64,000 nt of DNA from a virus. Below the pieces are notes generated by a model. The model saw only the letters and a list, made by a program, of their open reading frames with translations. It was not told the origin of the DNA and did not search any database. The stretch covers positions 2,645 through 66,644 of the IMG/VR virus record IMGVR_UViG_3300043640_000353; one strand, given 5' to 3'. The position numbers and the translations under genes were made by a program. Within the stretch, counting starts at the first letter, position 1. Each line of letters opens with the position of its first letter. Below, piece by piece: positions 46,968 to 56,246 of this stretch.

Positions 46968-47324
46968 CTATGATTTTTTGAAATTGGGGGGTAAAATAAT
47001 GGTGGGAGTATTTTCTTTTATTGGCTCTAATTCAATGATAATCTCCGAGATAGCTTTCTGGAATTGTACGGCTTCTTTAGTTATGGTTTTATTAAGGTTT
47101 ATTGTACCCTGTAAAGTTTCCCCATCCATTAAATCCTTTGGTCTTTGATCGGGTGGTAAGGATTGGATTTCCTTAAGAATCTCGGCTTTGTAATTAAAGG
47201 TATCTATAGCTGTATCAATGATTAGGTATAATGATACAGCTTCTTTTTGATTAAGATCAAGTTCTAGGGATGGAGATTCTTCACTCATGAAATTCTTCTT
47301 ATCATGTTCCATAACATATAACAA
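46968..47324 (-). CDS. Hypothetical protein
   Basis: ORF track; real start probably MSEES at 47288. Confidence 0.6.
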   Translation of the reverse strand: MLYVMEHDKKNFMSEESPSLELDLNQKEAVSLYLIIDTAIDTFNYKAEILKEIQSLPPDQRPKDLMDGETLQGTINLNKTITKEAVQFQKAISEIIIELEPIKENTPTIILPPNFKKS

Positions 47325-47469
47325 TTATCCCTTTCCTGTTTTGAGTAGGTAGGATCTATATGTTTTTCTAAGTATTTACATCTTAATTTCCAATATTCCT
47401 GGGAATTAAATTTAAGTTCTTTTATTTCTTTGATTAGTTCTTCCATGATATTTATCCGAGTTATGAAGT

Positions 47470-47802
47470 TTATTTTCCGTTAATAAAGTTTTGTAAAGTT
47501 TTTTTGTTTGTGAAATATACAGAGGGGGGCATTGTCATAGTAATTACCCTTTTATCATCTCTTTTGGTAATCAGTTTTTTGGTTGGTACCAAATCTGATT
47601 TTTCCAGGGTAACTAATTCCAATGCCTCTTTTGATTGGTAATATTCTATGGTTACCCAACCTTTTTTCTCTAATACCTGAGTTACACCCTTTACCACTAA
47701 TTCCTTGATTTCCCCCGGTTTATTAGGGTCAAGGTAATAGATGAAATCATATTCTTCTAATTCACCAAATGTTTTTTCGGCATTATTTAATTCTTTAACC
47801 AT
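47470..47802 (-). CDS. Hypothetical protein (110 aa)
   Basis: ORF track. Confidence 0.65.
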   Translation of the reverse strand: MVKELNNAEKTFGELEEYDFIYYLDPNKPGEIKELVVKGVTQVLEKKGWVTIEYYQSKEALELVTLEKSDLVPTKKLITKRDDKRVITMTMPPSVYFTNKKTLQNFINGK

Positions 47803-48037
47803 TTATAAGGTCGGATTTAATGGTTGACATTGAAATTGGTTGCATTGAATTATTACCGGTTAATTGCTTAAAATAAATGATCCCAGTTTTAACTATCTCA
47901 TCCATTTCCTCTTTGTTTAATTTAAAGGCAAATGTTACTGAACCTTCTGTTAGATTGTGATAAGCTGGTAAGGTTTCATATTCCTCCTGGAATTCAGCTA
48001 TCCCTATATTTACTTCCGGAAATTCAATTGCTATCAT
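47795..48037 (-). CDS. Conserved phage hypothetical protein (80 aa)
   Basis: QEEYETLPAY...G.VTFAFKLNKEEMDEIVKTG.IY..QLTGN..MQPI pattern. Confidence 0.7.
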   Translation of the reverse strand: MIAIEFPEVNIGIAEFQEEYETLPAYHNLTEGSVTFAFKLNKEEMDEIVKTGIIYFKQLTGNNSMQPISMSTIKSDLING

Positions 48038-48225
48038 GTTGTGGTGGTATCTATATTGGTTTGTATTTTGTCCTCACTGGGTAATGGTATTATAATGATA
48101 TGGATATCTCTCTGAAAATCTTTGACAATATTATACCCCCCTATAAGTTTCTTATCATAAAGGTCTTCTACATAATCTTTTAATAAGGTATATACATCCA
48201 TGAGTTTTTATATTAAGCGAAAAAG

Positions 48226-48251
48226 GGCATAGCTGGTAGTAGCTATGCCCC
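48226..48251 (-). terminator. Rho-independent terminator
   Basis: GGGCATAGCT-GGTAGT-AGCTATGCCC, followed by TTTTTC on the minus strand. Confidence 0.8.
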
Positions 48252-48269
48252 CCATTTGGAAGATTGAAA

Positions 48270-48662
48270 TTATTTTTTCTTTTTCTTGGCAGACTTAGCA
48301 GCCGGCTTTTTCTTTTTAGATTTTTTGTCATCCTCATCCTCATCCTCATCCTCATCCTCATCTTCATCCTCATCTTCATCCTCATCCTCATCCTCATCTT
48401 CATCCTCATCTTCATCCTCATCCTCATCTTCATCTTCATCTTCATCTTCATCTTCATCTTCATCTTCATCTTCATCTTCATCTTCATCTTCATCTTTTTT
48501 CTTACCTTTTGCCTCTTTGGAAGGAGTTGCTGAAATAGGGGCGATTAATGCAAAGATAAATGTACCATCTTCAAAGGTAATTTTTGAAAAGGGACTGTTC
48601 TCAACAGTCTCAATTGATTTGATTTTCTTACCCACTAATGGGTTTTTTGTTGTTTTTGCCAT
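48270..48662 (-). CDS. Protein with 56 consecutive Asp/Glu residues and a Lys-rich tail (130 aa)
   Basis: (GAT GAA/GAG)n tract; A-rich leader and strong terminator support this frame. Confidence 0.8.
   Translation of the reverse strand: MAKTTKNPLVGKKIKSIETVENSPFSKITFEDGTFIFALIAPISATPSKEAKGKKKDEDEDEDEDEDEDEDEDEDEDEDEDEDEDEDEDEDEDEDEDEDEDEDEDEDEDEDDKKSKKKKPAAKSAKKKKK
48327..48494. repeat. Hexanucleotide microsatellite (TCATCT/TCATCC)n, 168 bp
   Basis: Seen directly. Confidence 0.97.
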
Positions 48663-48707
48663 GTGATTGGTTTTTTGTTGTTTTTAAGTTAATAATCAAT
48701 AGTTTTC

Positions 48708-48938
48708 CTACTCAGTAATAATTTTATGTTCCACTGTGTAATCCCCATCTCCCAGAGATTTTACAATCTCTAATTCGGCATGGTTAAATGATGCTACCTT
48801 TTGGGCATTTAGGGCCAAACTTGTTTCATCAAATTCACCTTCTGAGGAACTTTCGGGTATTTCAACCTTTTCCCCATGTTTTAAGGTTGCTATGCCATTT
48901 TTTACAGTTACCGGAATATTGAATAATTTGATTTTCAT
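48708..48938 (-). CDS. Hypothetical protein (76 aa)
   Basis: ORF track. Confidence 0.65.
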   Translation of the reverse strand: MKIKLFNIPVTVKNGIATLKHGEKVEIPESSSEGEFDETSLALNAQKVASFNHAELEIVKSLGDGDYTVEHKIITE

Positions 48939-48972
48939 GGTTTTTGTTTTATTTAAGAGTTTATAGTATCAC

Positions 48973-49380
48973 TTATCTTTGGTTTCTTTGTTTCTTTGTT
49001 TCTAAAAAGGAAAAGCCCCAATAGGCATAATCTCTTATGAGGTATATGTCTGGCCTTTCTTGTTTAAATATCTGTACTAATTTTGCCATAACCATATCAC
49101 AAAATTGTGATATGGTTAATTCAATGATTTCAGCATCTTTATAAATGGTAATGATTAATTCTTGTAGATCACCGTTAACCCTATTAAACATTAGACATCT
49201 AACCTTTGATCTTATAGGGGAATTAATATCCTTTTCAAATTTAGGATCATCCAGCCTAAAATAATAATGATTTGGGTTTCTTCCTTTCAATTGAAAGGAG
49301 TGTGCTTTCGAATTTGGCCATAGTTCCGATGCTTGAAGGATACTTAAGTTTTGGATGTTTTTTTCCGAAATGTCTTTCAT
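48973..49380 (-). CDS. Hypothetical protein (135 aa)
   Basis: ORF track. Confidence 0.6.
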   Translation of the reverse strand: MKDISEKNIQNLSILQASELWPNSKAHSFQLKGRNPNHYYFRLDDPKFEKDINSPIRSKVRCLMFNRVNGDLQELIITIYKDAEIIELTISQFCDMVMAKLVQIFKQERPDIYLIRDYAYWGFSFLETKKQRNQR

Positions 49381-49945
49381 AGAATTGATTTATCATGGGA
49401 ATATTAATCCCCGGGTTTCTTATATATAATGTTTCTTTGGGTATTTGTTGGGGTTTACTATCCACATTTTTTATAAAATGTTTCCAGGTCATCCCAGATG
49501 ATTCGGTTAATAAGTTAAAGGCTTTTAATGTTGTATAGGCAAATAGGCCATATTGCTTACTTCTATAAGATATGGTAAATTGTTTTAGGCAATTAGCAGA
49601 GTTTAATGATTTTCTAAGAAAGGCTCTAAAATTATTTCGATACCTTTTCTTTTTACGCCATGTATTACATTCTTTAGGATAAGCATATTTCTCGGGAAAC
49701 ATATCTTGGGTTATTTTTTTCTTAGATAATGGTATACCCCTTTCTAAAGCTTCTTCACCTTTAATAACCTCATAAAATATGGCCCCAGTCTTTAGAATTA
49801 TATACCTATTTGCCAATTCTCTGGTTTTACATGAAAACCTTAATAAATATGGCTTTCTAAGATTAACCAATGAAAGAACATAGAATTTATCCATTTCTAT
49901 GTTCTCACCATTTACTTTAAAATATCCCTGGGCATGCTTATACAT
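49256..49945 (-). CDS. Hypothetical basic protein (229 aa)
   Basis: ORF track. Confidence 0.6.
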   Translation of the reverse strand: MYKHAQGYFKVNGENIEMDKFYVLSLVNLRKPYLLRFSCKTRELANRYIILKTGAIFYEVIKGEEALERGIPLSKKKITQDMFPEKYAYPKECNTWRKKKRYRNNFRAFLRKSLNSANCLKQFTISYRSKQYGLFAYTTLKAFNLLTESSGMTWKHFIKNVDSKPQQIPKETLYIRNPGINIPMINQFYERHFGKKHPKLKYPSSIGTMAKFESTLLSIERKKPKSLLF

Positions 49946-50517
49946 TATTCTAAGGCTTCAATTGCTTTCTTTGCTCTTTTCATCCAGATTTTTATGGATT
50001 TATCTTTGGCATCTGCAAATATGGATTTTACTTTTGTGGTTGTTTCTTCTATGCTTAATCCCTCTTTTACGCATTGATATGTTAAGGCTTTTTTAGTACC
50101 TTTAAATATACCCATGGTTTCATCCTTCTCCCTCTTATCAGATGCCTTCTTAATTTTTTTGGGTCTTTTGATCTCTACATCCCCAGTTTCTTCATTTTCC
50201 TCTCCCACATATCCCATCTTTACAAATGGCTCACCCTCTTTGCCTAAAATCTTTAATTTGGCTAACCTCCATTCATCAAAGGCATCTAATCTTTTTGAAT
50301 CTGTTATGGTTTCCCAATTTTTAATTAGCCAGGTTTGTAATTTCCCAATATCTGATTCTACCAGTATATCGGGATCCATTCCCCTTATAATACATGACTT
50401 CTGAAGATCAAGATAACGCATAGTTAATAACTCGGCATTAATCTTATCCAATTTCTTGTAGTAATCTAACCTTGTTTCCTCTGAGGAGAAGGGTTGTTTT
50501 GTTTTGGTTTTTGCCAT
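49945..50517 (-). CDS. Hypothetical protein with a C-terminal HTH-like domain (190 aa)
   Basis: GTKKALTYQCVKEGLSIEETTTKV...KSIKIWMKRAKK. Confidence 0.7.
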   Translation of the reverse strand: MAKTKTKQPFSSEETRLDYYKKLDKINAELLTMRYLDLQKSCIIRGMDPDILVESDIGKLQTWLIKNWETITDSKRLDAFDEWRLAKLKILGKEGEPFVKMGYVGEENEETGDVEIKRPKKIKKASDKREKDETMGIFKGTKKALTYQCVKEGLSIEETTTKVKSIFADAKDKSIKIWMKRAKKAIEALE

Positions 50518-50593
50518 GGTATATTGTTTTTATATTTAAGGTAAAATTAATAAATAGTTTTATATATGAATCGTGGCCTTAAATATAAAAATA

Positions 50594-51538
50594 TTAGGTA
50601 TTCTTATTTGACATGAACCATTGGAAATCATGATCTATACCGGCATTATCCAATACATATTTCCTTGTGGGGCTTATATTTTGGATAATATCATAATTTA
50701 TGGCTTTTTTAGTTAATATCCTAAATTCTGGCCAAAATTTCTGGCCATCCCTACAATGCTTATAGTCCTTCTCAATATATAGGGTTATTATTTCCAAAAA
50801 TCTTTTGGCATCACCGGCATCTCTAAAAATATAAAGAATAAGATTATTCATTACCCTTAAATTTTTGGTATTATTGGGTACAGCTATAATTTGGGTTAAG
50901 CTTAGGTCATTAACCGTTATTAATGGTAGGAAAAAACAATTCTTGGCCATACCCTTCCTCTTTACTTCATAGATCTGTTTTATCTTTAAAATTGATAACG
51001 GGTGTAAAGATGTAAATAAGTTTACTAGTTTCCTTAGTTTATGCTTATTTCGGCGTTTAAAAGCAGATGGTTCTTGAATTGATAAGGGTAGTATCCTAAA
51101 ATTATTCCACCTATCAAAATCCATTATTAAATGGTATAGATTGTTATCTTGAACAAATTTAGAGCCTTTTAAACTTTGAACTTCCCTTAATATTTCTATC
51201 TCACGGGATTTAATCTTCCCATAGATATCTGATCCCATTTCTAATGTTGCTCTTTTAATTGGCAACCTGTTTTCCAGGGTAAATCTAATATATTGTTTAA
51301 AGTCCTTATCTAAGATTGATCCGACTGGGATTAGGTAATCGTATATTTCAAAATAATCGGTAAATAGTTTAAGGAATTTTTCGGCTCTTTGCCTTATTTC
51401 CAAATACTTATAATGGGCTTTACCCATTATTTCTCCGGCTTCCCAGGTAGATTTACCATGGGATAAAGATAATGATAAAGCCATCTTCTCCTCATCGGTT
51501 AGAATCTTCCAAGCTTTTTGTTGGGCTTTAGTCATCAT
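50594..51538 (-). CDS. Putative transcription factor with N-terminal sigma70 region-4-like HTH (314 aa)
   Basis: AWKILTDEEKMALSLSLSHGKSTWEAGEIMGK...IRQRAEKFLK matches the r4 pattern L...E+......G.S..E.A..MG.......RA...L. Confidence 0.65.
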   Translation of the reverse strand: MMTKAQQKAWKILTDEEKMALSLSLSHGKSTWEAGEIMGKAHYKYLEIRQRAEKFLKLFTDYFEIYDYLIPVGSILDKDFKQYIRFTLENRLPIKRATLEMGSDIYGKIKSREIEILREVQSLKGSKFVQDNNLYHLIMDFDRWNNFRILPLSIQEPSAFKRRNKHKLRKLVNLFTSLHPLSILKIKQIYEVKRKGMAKNCFFLPLITVNDLSLTQIIAVPNNTKNLRVMNNLILYIFRDAGDAKRFLEIITLYIEKDYKHCRDGQKFWPEFRILTKKAINYDIIQNISPTRKYVLDNAGIDHDFQWFMSNKNT

Positions 51539-52253
51539 ACCTTAGGTAATTTTGGGCAGAGTTTTTACCCTTTATTTTTATATCCTCTAAACTCTTTTCC
51601 TTAAAATCTTTTTCATCAAATGTTCCCATATAGATGGTATAAAATACATTGTCAAATGATACGGCAATCTTTTTTAGAATACCCTCCAATTGTAATTCAA
51701 CCTCTACCTCTTGTTTTCTGGAATTTACTTTTATAACATCGGCTGTCATACCCTCAAAAGGATAACCTTTTAGAATAATCATCATCCCAGGTTGTAGGTT
51801 ATCAATATCATCCTTGGAATAAAGGTTATATTCCTTTTGGGCATCAACCAATCTCCTTATTTCTCCCGATGTTGCCAATGCTACTGGGATCATATCCTTC
51901 CTTATTAATGGCTCATTACCTTCTATTAATGAAGGCCTTGAGGTTATAATACTCTTGGTATCTTTTACCCAGGCATAAATAGCTGGAATATCTTTTTTCA
52001 TTTCCTGAAGGAATTCAGATTCCAATTTCCTATTTGGGAGTTGAAAAAATCCATAGTTAAATAACAAAGGTACCTCTTCAAATATATCTTTTCCTTTAAA
52101 TTGTTTTTTAAGGATTTTAACTGTTGGTATATAGGCCTTTACTTCCCGGTATTTATCAGGAAATTTAGATAAGTCCTTTTCTACCCTATCCATGAAATCC
52201 CTGTTTATATAGGCTATTGCCCAACTACAGTTTGGTTTTAATTTTAAGCCCAT
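51528..52253 (-). CDS. nusG: NusG-family transcription elongation/antitermination factor (specialised paralogue)
   Basis: NGN: WAIAY...AYIPT...VPLLFNYGFF; KOW: PGMMIILKGYPFEGMTADVIKVNSRKQEVEVEL. Confidence 0.85.
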   Translation of the reverse strand: MGLKLKPNCSWAIAYINRDFMDRVEKDLSKFPDKYREVKAYIPTVKILKKQFKGKDIFEEVPLLFNYGFFQLPNRKLESEFLQEMKKDIPAIYAWVKDTKSIITSRPSLIEGNEPLIRKDMIPVALATSGEIRRLVDAQKEYNLYSKDDIDNLQPGMMIILKGYPFEGMTADVIKVNSRKQEVEVELQLEGILKKIAVSFDNVFYTIYMGTFDEKDFKEKSLEDIKIKGKNSAQNYLRYDD

Positions 52254-52774
52254 AGTTGTTTAATTATTTTGGAGGTTATTTTTTTAATCTGTTGATAATC
52301 CGTTTTAAATAAAAGGTTTGAATCCATGAATATGAGTTTGCCGAGTTTAAAATAGGGGTGTTTAGCTATGGGCATTAAACTTTTGATTTTTTTGAACTCG
52401 GAATACCTTATCACTATAATAAAAAATTCCTTTTTCATCCCATCATACCGCATCATTAGAAGAGGTAATTTTTTAGCTCTAATGGAATCTTCTACGCATT
52501 GTGGCCAAAATTCATGGGTTATTTTAGATTTAACCTGGGGCATTAGTAGATGTTCAAAATTGATATCAGAATAATTCTTTACCTCTATGGAGAAATCAAA
52601 TCTATGGAGAGCATCTGTACAAACTATATCCCCGGATATATTTTCTGCTTTTTTCCATCTAAGACCCCCAGATGCCGGTACCCCAGCGAATTCAAGGTTT
52701 GTCCAAGATTTTAAAGCAATACGTGCAATCTTTTCTCCACGTTTACCTTTCTTCCTTGAGTTTATTTTGGCCAT
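52244..52774 (-). CDS. Holliday junction resolvase-like PD-(D/E)xK nuclease (T5 D14/Hjc-like)
   Basis: NSRKKGKRGE...PASGG...SGDI...SIEVKNY. Confidence 0.8.
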   Translation of the reverse strand: MAKINSRKKGKRGEKIARIALKSWTNLEFAGVPASGGLRWKKAENISGDIVCTDALHRFDFSIEVKNYSDINFEHLLMPQVKSKITHEFWPQCVEDSIRAKKLPLLMMRYDGMKKEFFIIVIRYSEFKKIKSLMPIAKHPYFKLGKLIFMDSNLLFKTDYQQIKKITSKIIKQLWA

Positions 52775-52816
52775 TGATATTGATTTAATAAATATAGTAC
52801 CAATGGGTCAATACTG

Positions 52817-54658
52817 CTAGACTGCTAGATGGGTATTTCCATTTTTCTTTTTCAAATGGATTATATTGGAATGGGTGGGATTGAAATCCCTATGGTGGGT
52901 TATTATATGTACGGATTTACCCTGGGATTTTTGGGCTATAAGATTTGAAACAATTTCTATATTCTCGGGGTCAAGATTTTCAAAAACTTCATCCATTACC
53001 AATAAATTCATATCTTTATCTTGGCAGATAGTATCATGAACAGCAAAAGCAATACAAATATTTATAAGTTGCTGCTCCCCCCCCGAGAGATCATCATACA
53101 TGCGGATATTATTTTTTTGTTCTAATGATATATAAAAATCCTTATTCGAAGATTCAAGGTCAACTCCGAAATTAATTTTGAAACCCAATACAGAAGCATA
53201 TTGCTTTAAATTCCCATTTACAGATAAAAGCATCTGATCAAATATAAAGGCTTTTATACCAGAATTTGATAGGGGATCTTTTATAAGCCAATTTAAAATC
53301 TCTATATCCTTTCTTAATCTGGTTATTTCTTCTTTAGATTTTACTATAGAGATTTTAAGTTTTTTCTTCTTACCATAAAACCAGCTCATATCATTGGGTA
53401 ATTTTTCTTCCCTAATTTTTAATATTCCCGAGTCTATATCTCTTATTTTATTTTGGGTATGGCTCAGCTTTTGAAAATAATTCTCATGTTCAGCTTTCTT
53501 ATCCGATAATTTATTGGTAATATTACAAATCCTATCTTTTATGGCCACCTTCTTTTTATCTATATTGCCAAAGGAATCCAATTCGGATTGTATTTCTATA
53601 TGTTTCTTATTCAAAAGAATAATTCTCTGTTTTGAAAATCCTATTTCCTTTTTAATATTTACCTTTTCTTTTTTTATTAGGTCTTTAGATAATTTAGCCC
53701 CACAAGTTTTACAGGTGATAATTATACTTTTAAATTTATTGGTAAGTTTAATCTTATGGGCTTTCTCATTATCTATATCCCCAAGAGTATTTTGTATTTC
53801 CATATCCTTTTTAAAGGCCATTAAGGATTTAGCTTCAACCTCTTCTTTTAAGGTATTCAGAAAATTTAGCTTGGAATTCAATTTTCCTATTTTGTTATTA
53901 TCCATGGGATTTTGAACCAGGGCATTAAGAGTTTTTACATATTTCTTTTTTTCGGATAATTCAGAGCTAATTCTCTGTTCCTTCATTTTCTCAAAATTCC
54001 TAAGAATTTTTTTATTATCCTTAATACTTCTCTTAAGTGTTTTATACTCCTGTAATTTGGAATTCAGGTTATCTGTTATTTTGGATAAATTCCTATTTAA
54101 TTCATCCCTTCTTACTTCCGAATCTTTTTTAGCCCTTTGTATATATTCTATATCAAATGCCTCATCAAATACCTTTTTCTTTGTAGGTCCATCCTCTTCA
54201 ATTATCCTTTTCATCTTTTGGCCAAATATAGCTGAGTTTCTGAATAGGTCAAAACTATAACCCAGTACAAATATTATTTCCTTTTGTATTTCAACTTTAC
54301 CTTTATTGGTGTAAAGTTTACCATCCTTATAAAATTGTAAATCAGATATAGCTTTCTTATCCTCTTTATACTTCTCTAACCTAATTATCTGATATTCTGA
54401 GTTATCCTTATGGAATATTACACCACCCCTAGTCCCCCTAAAATTTTTACCCCTTTTATCTGGCCAAGTTTGTATATTAGCCTTTTTGGATTTTAAGGTT
54501 CTTCCATAAATTACCCATGATAAACCAGAAAATATGGTTGTCTTACCAATACCATTCCTTGCTTGTAATACATTTATACCCGGGATATTTAAGTTATATG
54601 TAAAAGAATTTATTATACTACCAAATCCTTCTAATGTTAGGGTTTGAAAATTTATCAT
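52817..54658 (-). CDS. sbcC: SbcC/Rad50/gp46-like recombination ATPase
   Basis: NGIGKTT Walker A; CKTC zinc hook; LSGGE signature; LLVMDE. Confidence 0.93.
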   Translation of the reverse strand: MINFQTLTLEGFGSIINSFTYNLNIPGINVLQARNGIGKTTIFSGLSWVIYGRTLKSKKANIQTWPDKRGKNFRGTRGGVIFHKDNSEYQIIRLEKYKEDKKAISDLQFYKDGKLYTNKGKVEIQKEIIFVLGYSFDLFRNSAIFGQKMKRIIEEDGPTKKKVFDEAFDIEYIQRAKKDSEVRRDELNRNLSKITDNLNSKLQEYKTLKRSIKDNKKILRNFEKMKEQRISSELSEKKKYVKTLNALVQNPMDNNKIGKLNSKLNFLNTLKEEVEAKSLMAFKKDMEIQNTLGDIDNEKAHKIKLTNKFKSIIITCKTCGAKLSKDLIKKEKVNIKKEIGFSKQRIILLNKKHIEIQSELDSFGNIDKKKVAIKDRICNITNKLSDKKAEHENYFQKLSHTQNKIRDIDSGILKIREEKLPNDMSWFYGKKKKLKISIVKSKEEITRLRKDIEILNWLIKDPLSNSGIKAFIFDQMLLSVNGNLKQYASVLGFKINFGVDLESSNKDFYISLEQKNNIRMYDDLSGGEQQLINICIAFAVHDTICQDKDMNLLVMDEVFENLDPENIEIVSNLIAQKSQGKSVHIITHHRDFNPTHSNIIHLKKKNGNTHLAV

Positions 54659-55653
54659 GATGTTTTCAATGTTTTTATTAAGGCTATTCTTTTATCTTTA
54701 TCCTTTATACCCTTTTTCTTTAGGTAATTCTTGGCTATTTTTGTTTTGCTTTTGGTATTATCAAATCCCTTATCTACTATACCCATTTCCTTTTCCTTTT
54801 TGGGTTTTGGTATGTAAATATGAAAATTATCGGGGATTTCTTTTTTGGAATTATAATATTTGAATTCAGGTAAATTCAGGTTTACAAATTTGGGTTTATC
54901 TTTTTCATATATTTCCCAATAACCCATATCTATTCCCCTATCCCCAGCATTTTGTTGGTGGGTGGCACCTAACATATAAATGTTATTCCCCAATTGTTGT
55001 GGTTTGTGAATATGGCCACTTAATACCAGGTTAAAATCATTAAAATAGGTATTTATATCCTTAGGGATTTTCTTTACCTCCCCTATTTCAAATCCATAGC
55101 CATTTCTTGCCCCGGGTAAATCTGTATGTATTAGTAAAATTTTAAAGGCATCTTTATTATCCCGTATATCGGCAATAAATTTTTCCATATATACTTCGAA
55201 ACTTAGATTATGTGTTAGGTATGGGATGCCATAAACAAGAATTCTCTTGCCCATTGTTGGAATAATTTCTTTTTTCACTCCATCAATGCAATGGAAATGA
55301 TTAAATATATTTGAGAAGGATTTTATATAACTAGGTGATTTATGGTAATAGGTATTTTGCCTTGACATATCATGATCACCAGATATACCTATAAAATCCA
55401 CACCCAAATTTTCAAAGAATTCTTTGAAATATCCTATAAATTCCATAAGAATTTGATTATTTAGGCTTTTCCAATTATGAAATAAATCACCTGGGAATAA
55501 TACAGGTACCTTTAATTCTTTTGCCCTTAAGCCTATTATCTCTAGGGGTTTTAAAGAATTAAAAAGCCTATCCCCTTTATAGGAATAGGCATTCTCCCAT
55601 TGATGAATATGGGCATCTGCAAATGCCAAAGCTATTGGTTTATTTTTGTTCAT
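54655..55653 (-). CDS. sbcD: SbcD/Mre11/gp47-like nuclease
   Basis: ADAH; PGDLFH; SGDHD; SGHIH metallophosphoesterase motifs. Confidence 0.9.
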   Translation of the reverse strand: MNKNKPIALAFADAHIHQWENAYSYKGDRLFNSLKPLEIIGLRAKELKVPVLFPGDLFHNWKSLNNQILMEFIGYFKEFFENLGVDFIGISGDHDMSRQNTYYHKSPSYIKSFSNIFNHFHCIDGVKKEIIPTMGKRILVYGIPYLTHNLSFEVYMEKFIADIRDNKDAFKILLIHTDLPGARNGYGFEIGEVKKIPKDINTYFNDFNLVLSGHIHKPQQLGNNIYMLGATHQQNAGDRGIDMGYWEIYEKDKPKFVNLNLPEFKYYNSKKEIPDNFHIYIPKPKKEKEMGIVDKGFDNTKSKTKIAKNYLKKKGIKDKDKRIALIKTLKTS

Positions 55654-56242
55654 ATTCTTTGGAGATTGTTAATTTTACTAATTGCTTCCTTGTTTCCCAA
55701 TCCCATTTTTGTAACGTGTTACCTCTTAATTTCTTAAGCTCATTTACCATAAGGGTACATGAAAGATCAAATGCTTGGTTTGATAACATTTGATAGTACC
55801 TATTGTTTATTCTTTTACCATCATCTTCAAGAGGTATTTCTTTTGTAAAAGGTAATACAAATAAATAATTAAATTTACTTAAAGCCTTTTCACAATAGTG
55901 AATATACCTTGTGGTATCATTTTCAGGAAGTGAATGGGTATTTTGTAAAAGGAAATATGATAAGTTATCAACTGGTGACCTATCGGTTACAAAATTAACA
56001 TGACCCTTCAAGGCGTTTTCCCTAAATTCCAAAACCTCATGTTGAAATTGTAAACCCCAAACTGGGTCATGGGAAGCCCTTTCTAATAACATTAAATGAG
56101 ATTTTATCTTGTGTTTATCCCACAAAGGTTTTGTTGATGTAGTTATAAATGGTATTTTATACTCCTCGGAGATCCATTTCGCTAATGTGCTTTTACCGGT
56201 ACCACTTGGTCCAGCTAGGGCAATTCTTAAACTTAAATCCAT
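55640..56242 (-). CDS. P-loop nucleotide kinase-like protein (AAA_28/dNMP kinase-like)
   Basis: IALAGPSGTGKSTLA; FVTDRSPVDNLSY; PLEDDGKR. Confidence 0.8.
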   Translation of the reverse strand: MDLSLRIALAGPSGTGKSTLAKWISEEYKIPFITTSTKPLWDKHKIKSHLMLLERASHDPVWGLQFQHEVLEFRENALKGHVNFVTDRSPVDNLSYFLLQNTHSLPENDTTRYIHYCEKALSKFNYLFVLPFTKEIPLEDDGKRINNRYYQMLSNQAFDLSCTLMVNELKKLRGNTLQKWDWETRKQLVKLTISKEYEQK

Positions 56243-56246
56243 GATT

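Noticed and set aside
48155-48666. ORFs reading MKMKMK..., ILILIF... and poly-Ser
   Set aside because: Alternative-frame and antisense shadows of the (GATGAR)n microsatellite; only the DE frame has a leader and terminator
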